In this document: in pieces, positions 7,803 through 13,785 of the stretch
Layout: every line of letters begins with the position of its first letter
How positions within the stretch are numbered: position 1 is the stretch's first letter
Assembly (NCBI GenBank): GCA_039683575.1
Contig: JBDKRC010000126.1
Coordinates: forward strand, 1-13,785
Source of the DNA: Armatimonadia bacterium
Lineage (GTDB): Bacteria; Armatimonadota; Zipacnadia; Zipacnadales; UBA11051
Length of the DNA stretch: 13,785 nucleotides
Direction of reading: 5' to 3'
The notes under the pieces: model-generated
The model's database searches: none
What the model was told of the DNA's origin: nothing
The model's input: only the letters and a program-made list of their open reading frames with translations
Made by a program: the position numbers and the translations under genes

Positions 7803-7837
7803 AGGCGGGGAACGGGGAACGGAAGGCGACGGTTGCT

Positions 7838-9058
7838 TTACTGCGCCGGCGTCTCGTTCACGATCACTAACGCCGGACGCGAGGTGCGCTGTGCTCCCAG
7901 CGCATCGGTGGCCATCACGAAGAAGCCGTGGACGCCCGGCCTGAGACCGGTCAGAACGAAACGCGCCGGTCCCGACGCAGTCTCGGCCAGCTTCTGCGCA
8001 CCGTCGTAGAGCGCGATCTGCCGCCATCCCGGCAGACCGGTGTCGTCTGCGGTGACAGTCAGGTTCGCTCCGGCATTGAGCACCCAGATGGCGCCCGATG
8101 GTGGGTTCGTGAGTCTCAGGGCGGGCGCGAAGGTGGCGTAGGCCCGGTAGATGAAGGCGGTATCCTCATCGGGAAGCCAACTGGTCGTTGCAGCCCTGGC
8201 GCCGGGGTCGGCATAGGGTGTAAGGCTCGTCAGCCCACTCCGCCAACTCGTGTTGTCAGCCAACCAGCCGGACGACAGGTCCAGCGTATTGAGGGCCACC
8301 GGACCCTGCCGAGGATCGGCCTGTGCAGGATAGCGCAGGCGTATGCAGTGGTCGAGGAACGGGATCGCAAGCGTAGCCTGGTCAGACTCGCGATGGGCCT
8401 GCCCTTCGACCATCGCCCAGGCAAAGTGCGCCCCACGAGGCCTGTGAGTCTGCATCGTCTCGGTCAGCAACGGGTTCAGACGCTCTTCCTGCTCACCCGA
8501 AAACATGCATACCGGCACGTCGAGCGCCGCCACCGGAACTTCCATGCGCATCGCCGATGACAGGGGGGCACTGGCAATCACCCGCTCCGGAAGCGTGTTC
8601 ACCAGCCTGTTCGCGAATCCCCCACCAGCAGAAAAGCCATAGGCCACGAAAGGGACGTCCACCAGTTCCGGGTGCCCGCTCTCGCCGGCGAAACGCTCCA
8701 AAGCATGCTCAAGGACAGTGACTGAGCCGACGTGAGAGTTGAACGCCCGGGCGCCGAGGAAGCCAAGGCCATGAAGCGCTGCGAAGGCCCTCAGGTACGG
8801 CAAGGTGTAGCGCTCGCGTGTGTCGCCGCCAGCCGCATTGGTGTTCACCAGCAGGCCGCGAATGGTCTCCAGACCAAGCGGGACAGCCAAGCGCACCGCC
8901 TTTTCCTGCCCTTCGTCAACCTCCGAGTAGTCATACGTAGCGAAGCCGACGGTGGACCCGGCGACCTGGGCTGCGGCGATCCCCGTGGCCGCTGCGAGCA
9001 GGAAGCCCACGAGCGCCCCAAGCCACCGGGTGGGTATCGTGACGGATTTGTATTTCAT
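7838..9058 (-). CDS. Secreted alpha/beta-hydrolase-fold protein with probable C-terminal Ig-like domain
   Basis: Start MKYKSV at 9058 with GGAGG 6 nt upstream; signal peptide ending AAA|Q; nucleophile elbow YGFSAGG; SGEQE and GQAH as candidate acid/His motifs; C-terminal G.H....ATD..GA..TS.P. Confidence 0.8.
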   Translation of the reverse strand: MKYKSVTIPTRWLGALVGFLLAAATGIAAAQVAGSTVGFATYDYSEVDEGQEKAVRLAVPLGLETIRGLLVNTNAAGGDTRERYTLPYLRAFAALHGLGFLGARAFNSHVGSVTVLEHALERFAGESGHPELVDVPFVAYGFSAGGGFANRLVNTLPERVIASAPLSSAMRMEVPVAALDVPVCMFSGEQEERLNPLLTETMQTHRPRGAHFAWAMVEGQAHRESDQATLAIPFLDHCIRLRYPAQADPRQGPVALNTLDLSSGWLADNTSWRSGLTSLTPYADPGARAATTSWLPDEDTAFIYRAYATFAPALRLTNPPSGAIWVLNAGANLTVTADDTGLPGWRQIALYDGAQKLAETASGPARFVLTGLRPGVHGFFVMATDALGAQRTSRPALVIVNETPAQ

Positions 9059-9082
9059 CTTAGGCCTCCGCAGCTTGACGCC

Positions 9083-9168
9083 TAGCGTGGGGCTGGGGGG
9101 CGGTAGCTCCATGACTGCCACTTCATCAGGTCGAGGAGGTGGGCGAAGTCGAGGCCCGCGCGGCGGTT
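9083..9168 (-). repeat. Orphan 86-bp duplicate of the 3' end of gene 10704-12143
   Basis: 82/86 identical to 10705-10790. Encodes NRRAGLDFAHLLDLMKWQSWSYRPPAPR* vs NRRAGLDFTHLFDLMKWQSWSYRPPAPR*. Confidence 0.97.
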
Positions 9169-9202
9169 TGAGTGTCCGTCCGGGACGGAGCGGGCCAGAG
9201 GC

Positions 9203-9847
9203 CTATTGCGGCATGGTGTTCGGCTGCGCGGTCCAGCCCGTCCAGGCGCGGTCCAGCATTGTGCGGGTGTTGATCCACTTGGCGTGGCCGTCGCAGAACA
9301 CGACGTTGTTCCCGCCGTTGTGCCGGCCGGGTACCGGTATCCCATTGTAGGGGTAGGTAGCGCTCTGGGGGATGGCGAAGATGCGTGGCGAGTAGTAGAA
9401 ATCCATCTGGACCGCTTGACCCGTGGCGTCGTAGTTCTCGCTCTCCCCTATCAGGAGGGCATCGGCCGGAGCGCTGATGCTCCCCAGCGCGGCTCCGCCC
9501 TTCCCGGTTCCACCCCCATTGTCCGGCATCAGATTGAAGTAACTGCAGCCATAGCCCAGAGTGAGTGTGCTACTGGGGCACCGGTAGATCTGCGTGTTCT
9601 TGATATACGGGGACATGAGGTACAGCCAGCTCTGGTATGCAGGCGGGAAGTTCATCGGGGGTAGCTTTTCGTCGAAATCCTGGGCGTAGGACAGCAGAGC
9701 GGTACCCAGTTGCCGGGCGTTGGCCAGACAGGAGGACTGGCGGGCCTTTTCGCGGGCCTTGGCGAAGACTGGGAAGAGGATCGCCGCGAGGATGGCGATG
9801 ATGGCGATGACTACCAGCAGTTCAATGAGAGTGAAGCCACGTCGCAT
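9203..9847 (-). CDS. Prepilin-type N-terminal cleavage/methylation and H-X9-DG domain protein (DUF1559-like), paralog of 494-1135
   Basis: [43 protein letters not shown]...; C-terminal [26 protein letters not shown]. Confidence 0.95.
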   Translation of the reverse strand: MRRGFTLIELLVVIAIIAILAAILFPVFAKAREKARQSSCLANARQLGTALLSYAQDFDEKLPPMNFPPAYQSWLYLMSPYIKNTQIYRCPSSTLTLGYGCSYFNLMPDNGGGTGKGGAALGSISAPADALLIGESENYDATGQAVQMDFYYSPRIFAIPQSATYPYNGIPVPGRHNGGNNVVFCDGHAKWINTRTMLDRAWTGWTAQPNTMPQ

Positions 9848-9944
9848 GGATATGCCTCCTGAATGATGGGCGCATCAGCAGTGGTGTTCGAGACCGATGG
9901 AGTCACTTCCTGCCAAGCCTCTCCGGAAACAGAGAGTGCGAATG

Positions 9945-10541
9945 TTAGCTTGTTAGTATCTGCAACCGTGCCAGACGACGGCCCAGGCCCTGCGCAGCCT
10001 TGAGCGCGAACTCATCCCCGGCGACCTGGCCCGGGGCGGCGGCCTGGCCGATGACCTCCCAGTTACCGTACGGCAGGCAAGCCGGGCCCAGCACGATCAT
10101 CCCGTGGTTGAAGCAGAAATCCATCACGGACCTCGCCGCCAGTTCCTGCCCGCCCCAGCGGCCTTCGCCCACCGCAATCACGCTGGCTGTGCGGTGCTGC
10201 AGAGTGTTCTCAGGGGACCAGATGGGCCGCGTACGGTCGATGAGCGCCTTGAGTTGAGCGCTCATGCCGCCCATGTAGGTGGGGGTGCCGAAGATGATCG
10301 CGTCCGCCCACAGCATCGCGGTCAAAACGGTGGACATGTCATCGTCAATGATACAGCGTTCGCCGGCAGCATGGTCCACGCAGTTCGCGCAGGCCTGGCA
10401 CGGGGCGATCTGAAGGTTGCATAGCTCAAGTAAGCGCGTCTCCGCGCCTTCGGCGGCCGCTGCCTCCAGACAACTGTTGCATAGCAAGGCAGTGTTGGAG
10501 TTGTGCCTGGGGCTTCCTGAGATGGCAAGTATGTGCTTCAT
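9945..10541 (-). CDS. Flavodoxin-family / iron-sulfur flavoprotein (NADPH-dependent FMN reductase fold)
   Basis: Start MKHILAISGSPR..SNT at 10541 (GAAGGGG upstream). CQACANC-x8-C.I.DDM motif; ADAIIFGTPTY.G.MSAQLKALIDR; GGQE. Confidence 0.92.
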   Translation of the reverse strand: MKHILAISGSPRHNSNTALLCNSCLEAAAAEGAETRLLELCNLQIAPCQACANCVDHAAGERCIIDDDMSTVLTAMLWADAIIFGTPTYMGGMSAQLKALIDRTRPIWSPENTLQHRTASVIAVGEGRWGGQELAARSVMDFCFNHGMIVLGPACLPYGNWEVIGQAAAPGQVAGDEFALKAAQGLGRRLARLQILTS

Positions 10542-10593
10542 ATGGTGCTGCCCCTTCCGAGAGTTCGTGCTCCCTGCATTGCGGAGTAAGGCC

Positions 10594-10658
10594 ACCCAGA
10601 TGGTCGCGCGGCGGGGTAGCGGATTCTACCCAGATGGTCGTAGATGGTCGCGCGGCGG
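10594..10658. repeat. Local triplication of AGATGGTCG
   Basis: ACCCAGATGGTCG at 10594 and 10628; AGATGGTCGCGCGGCGG at 10598 and 10642. Confidence 0.85.
10623..10628 (-). promoter_or_regulatory. Possible -10 box (TAGAAT) for the flavoprotein-prepilin pair
   Basis: Minus strand GGGTAGAATC resembles GGGTATAATC at 443-452; about 80 bp upstream of the ATG at 10541. Confidence 0.35.
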
Positions 10659-10665
10659 ACGGTAC

Positions 10666-10688
10666 GTCCGCACGGGGAGCGCTCCTAC
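10666..10688 (-). repeat. GTAG-type REP-like unit, copy 4 (partial palindrome)
   Basis: GGGGAGCGCTCCTACCGG is shared exactly with the copy at 5054-5071. Confidence 0.7.
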
Positions 10689-10703
10689 CGGCGGCAATGG
10701 CGG

Positions 10704-12143
10704 TTAGCGTGGGGCTGGGGGGCGATAGCTCCATGATTGCCACTTCATCAGGTCGAAGAGGTGGGTGAAGTCGAGGCCCGCGCGGCGGTTGGTTGAGCCG
10801 AAGCGGCGTTCGGCGATTGCCGGTTCGTCTACGCATATGGGCAGCATGGGAACCGGCGGGATTGTCACCGCGAGCGGGAGGTTGCCTGTGTCGGCGGACT
10901 GGATGATGAACTCGGCGGCAGCGTGGAGGAGTTCGGCGGGGCCGAGGTCGGTGAAGCTGGCGCGGAGCTGGCCCTTCAGGCGGCGCTGGTCGGACATGAT
11001 GGCGTAGGAGGTGAGGGCGCCGGCGAAGAGGTCCTCGCGGGAGATTGTCAGTGGGGCGCTCAGGTGCAGAGGGTGCTCGGTCGGGCCGAGGAGGCGCTGC
11101 ACCGGCACGCGGTCGGGCCACTTGCCGTATTCCCAACAGTACTGCAGGGCAAAGCAGAGCAGGCCAGCGATGTCAGCGCAGGAGAAGCTGGTGTCGCTAG
11201 CGGCGACGTAATTGAAGCTCGCGCGGACGGCGCGGGCGAGGGTTACCGTTTGCTCCCAGGTGAGCCAGCGGACGGGGTCCTCCTCGTTGCGGTCGCAGAG
11301 GCTGGCGTAGTTCGTGAGGTTCACGCCGGGGAGGGTCTTGAGCCAGCGAAGAGTACGGCGCACGAACTCGAAGGCATTGGCCTGGTCTTCCGGAGAGCGA
11401 GGCTGCATTTTGCGGAAGTGGCCGGGGCGAGGGTATGGGCCCGCGGAGCCGTTGCGGAAGAGCACGGCTTGCTCAGCGAGCGCCCATTCGGCGGTGACCC
11501 AGCAGACCGGATGGCCTGCGAAGGCTATGAAGTCCCTTGTCTGCGCCATGGCCTCAAACCGTTCCTGAATAGCTCGCAGGTCGGCTTGCGGGTCGCATGG
11601 GGGTTTGAGCTGATCCGGTTTGGTCGGGTCCACGCGGTGGAAGCAAGTGCCCTGGCTGGAAAGGCTGCAGCCCAAGCGGGGCCACGAGGGCCAGTCCATG
11701 ATCCAGCCGCGCATGCCGTCGCCCCAACAGCGAACACCGGCGAGTTTGTAGGCGTAGTACAGCGGCGGGCATTGCTGTTCCTGATGGCAGCACCAGGCTG
11801 CGGGGAACTGGCCGGTGATGTCGGCGACGTCGTGCAGGCCGGGGAGTTCGACGCTGAGGGCGTAGCTGACGGCGTCGTCCCAGGAGAGATCGGTGCCGTA
11901 GTGCAAGGCGGGCTCGGGGAAGTCGCCCCAGTAGTTGCCGTGGAAGCAGATCTCGTGTGGGCGCATGGCCTCGATGACGTCGAAGCGGCCACGGCGGCGG
12001 AGGGCACGGGCTTTCTCGCCTGCGATGAACAGGGAAACCGGGACTTCCTCCTCGGTGAAGATGCGGCAGAGCTGCAGAGCCGCGTCGTCAGACTCCGGAT
12101 GCACCACATCTTCAACGTCAAAAACAAAGACCACGTCTGTCAT
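10704..12143 (-). CDS. Hypothetical protein with N-terminal NodB/polysaccharide deacetylase-like domain
   Basis: VVFVFDVED (motif 1-like), SLFIAGEKA and HEICFHG; GGAGG RBS immediately after the upstream stop, so probably operonic. Confidence 0.75.
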   Translation of the reverse strand: MTDVVFVFDVEDVVHPESDDAALQLCRIFTEEEVPVSLFIAGEKARALRRRGRFDVIEAMRPHEICFHGNYWGDFPEPALHYGTDLSWDDAVSYALSVELPGLHDVADITGQFPAAWCCHQEQQCPPLYYAYKLAGVRCWGDGMRGWIMDWPSWPRLGCSLSSQGTCFHRVDPTKPDQLKPPCDPQADLRAIQERFEAMAQTRDFIAFAGHPVCWVTAEWALAEQAVLFRNGSAGPYPRPGHFRKMQPRSPEDQANAFEFVRRTLRWLKTLPGVNLTNYASLCDRNEEDPVRWLTWEQTVTLARAVRASFNYVAASDTSFSCADIAGLLCFALQYCWEYGKWPDRVPVQRLLGPTEHPLHLSAPLTISREDLFAGALTSYAIMSDQRRLKGQLRASFTDLGPAELLHAAAEFIIQSADTGNLPLAVTIPPVPMLPICVDEPAIAERRFGSTNRRAGLDFTHLFDLMKWQSWSYRPPAPR

Positions 12144-12155
12144 GGTTAGCCTCCG

Positions 12156-13784
12156 TCAGGGCTTGAGGGACTTCCCGGGGACGTAGGGGAAGGGCGGCGG
12201 GATGATTTGGGCGGCAGTGCGGTAGGTCTGGTTGTAGAGGGCGTCGTACTGCTCGACGGGTAGAGTAAGGCGCAGAGGGTGCCTGGTGTAGACGCGCAGG
12301 ACCTCGTGACTGTCGCGGGTGACGCTGAGGAGACCGCGGAAGCCGAGGGAGCGCATGAGGCGGTCAGGGTAGAGGTCGTATTGTTCGGGGATGACAGCGG
12401 CCTGAACGCGGACGGCGTTGTCGAGGAGGACGGGTTTGCGGGCAGGCTGGTCTATGTAACCGCCGGTGAGGGCCTCGCGGCCAAGGTACCAGTAGGCGAC
12501 CGAGGGGTCGTGGGCGACGAAGACCGGGACGGCGGGCGCGAGGTTCTGGCGGACCCAGTAGCCCGCGGTCTTCATGCCGGAGTTGGGGACGAGGCCGCCG
12601 TAGGGGATCTTGGGCGAAGGATACAGGGGGACGAAGGCGGGCACGCGGAAGACGCCGCCAAGGGTGGTGGCGGCGGTGGCGAGGACTATCAGGAGGCCGA
12701 GGACTGGGAGGGCACGGCGCGGAGCGGACAGGGATGCCCCTGCGACGGGGACGTCGCTTGGCGTACCTGCGGCTCCGGAGGCGGGCAGGATGCCCGCGCT
12801 CCAAACGGCGGAGAGAGAACGACAAGAGGAGAAGGCGAGGCCGATGAGGAGGCAGAGGGCGGCGGTCAGGTGGTGGTGGTAGCCGGAGGCTTCGGTTACC
12901 TTGCTGGTAACGGCGATCACGAACGGGAGGGCGGTCAGGCCGATCCAGGCCAGGAGCCATTGGTAGCGGCGGTCGCGGAAACAGCGGCGAAGCAGGATGA
13001 GGGCGACGGGAACGGCGATCAGGGCGACGAGGCCGAGGTTGACCCAGAGGTCGCGGAGGAACGGGATGAGGTGCAGGCCCCAGTCGGCTTTGTGCTCGCT
13101 GAGCATGGTGCCGAGGAAAGTCTGGTCGGGATAGCCGAGCTTGAGGGCGTAGAGGTAGACCGGGATGTAGGGCGCGAAGAGGACGATTGGCGGTAGGAGA
13201 GTGCCCGGGCGCACGAGGAGGCGGCGGAGGCCGCTGCAGCCGGTGTAGCCCTCGGGACGGGGCCAGAGGAGCACGAAGGCGATCAGGACGGAGCCGGTGA
13301 CGGCGAGTTGGACGTCGGCGCACATCCACAGGCCGACGGCGAGGCCGGCGAGCCACTGGCGGCGGGGGCTGCCGGGGGCTTCCCAGTAGCGCATGAGCAT
13401 CAGGACGGAGAGGACGAAGAGGAAGCCGTTGGCGGCCTCGGCGCCACCGATGGTACGGTGGCGGCCCACAAGGAGCGGAATGACGGCGAAGAGCGCGGCG
13501 GCGAGGAGGCCGGGGGTGTCGGTGCCATTGGCGAAGCGGCGAGCGACGAAGAAGACCAGCAGGCAGGTCAGGGCGCCGAGAATGACGAGCACGCCGGGAA
13601 GGGTGGCCTCGTTGACGGGCAGGTTGAGGGCCTCGAGGGCGCGGACGTAGAGGTAGTCGGCGACGAAAAGCGGGTAGCCGTAGTCCCAGCTCATGATCGT
13701 GGCGAGGGCGTTCTCGGAGGGCTGCGGCGAGAGGGGCGAAAGTGCGGCGCTGGTGCCGATGAAGCAGGACCGGAGCGCTTCGTC
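12156..13784 (-). CDS. Multi-pass membrane glycosyltransferase-like protein (GT-C/ArnT-like), 5'-truncated by the window edge
   Basis: Frame stays open beyond the ATG at 13694 to the window end (DEALRSCFIG...), giving a GT-C-like DE motif. Also GYP, GLLAAALFAVIP, many TM segments and a soluble C-terminal domain. Confidence 0.75.
   Translation of the reverse strand, partial: DEALRSCFIGTSAALSPLSPQPSENALATIMSWDYGYPLFVADYLYVRALEALNLPVNEATLPGVLVILGALTCLLVFFVARRFANGTDTPGLLAAALFAVIPLLVGRHRTIGGAEAANGFLFVLSVLMLMRYWEAPGSPRRQWLAGLAVGLWMCADVQLAVTGSVLIAFVLLWPRPEGYTGCSGLRRLLVRPGTLLPPIVLFAPYIPVYLYALKLGYPDQTFLGTMLSEHKADWGLHLIPFLRDLWVNLGLVALIAVPVALILLRRCFRDRRYQWLLAWIGLTALPFVIAVTSKVTEASGYHHHLTAALCLLIGLAFSSCRSLSAVWSAGILPASGAAGTPSDVPVAGASLSAPRRALPVLGLLIVLATAATTLGGVFRVPAFVPLYPSPKIPYGGLVPNSGMKTAGYWVRQNLAPAVPVFVAHDPSVAYWYLGREALTGGYIDQPARKPVLLDNAVRVQAAVIPEQYDLYPDRLMRSLGFRGLLSVTRDSHEVLRVYTRHPLRLTLPVEQYDALYNQTYRTAAQIIPPPFPYVPGKSLKP
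12721..12803. repeat. REP/REPIN-like element inside the CDS
   Basis: Bounded by GGAGCG...CGCTCC; contains GCGGGCAGGATGCCCGC-GCTCCA at 12781-12803 and a GCGACG-GGGA-CGTCGC hairpin. Confidence 0.75.
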
Positions 13785-13785
13785 G

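Noticed and set aside
9082-9345. 87-aa ORF ending in the duplicated peptide
   Set aside because: Overlaps the prepilin gene out of frame; only its tail is meaningful, and that is explained by the duplication.
9083-10790. Diversity-generating retroelement TR/VR pair
   Set aside because: Mismatches are not confined to adenines of one copy on one strand (two are T/C on the coding strand), and no reverse transcriptase is present in the window.

Overview
GC-rich bacterial DNA, probably Armatimonadota (inferred from two typical prepilin-N-terminal/H-X9-DG, DUF1559-like genes). It holds ten credible CDSs: a partial isochorismatase, two prepilin/H-X9-DG paralogs, two GT-C-like membrane glycosyltransferases (one partial), a Gfo/Idh/MocA oxidoreductase, a 1129-aa secreted protein, a secreted alpha/beta hydrolase, an iron-sulfur flavoprotein and a NodB-like deacetylase-fold protein. 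No rRNA, tRNA, CRISPR, integrase or transposase is visible. The most notable pattern is that each prepilin/H-X9-DG gene lies in a short unit bracketed by a direct duplication of the upstream gene's 3' end (86 bp at 82/86 identity, 1622-bp unit; 32 bp at 27/32, 912-bp unit), suggesting integrase-less cassettes inserted at gene ends. The window also carries several families of REP-like palindromes, two apparently in frame inside proteins and one supplying a stop codon. A very strong G>C skew on the + strand fades over roughly 7.8-10.6 kb.
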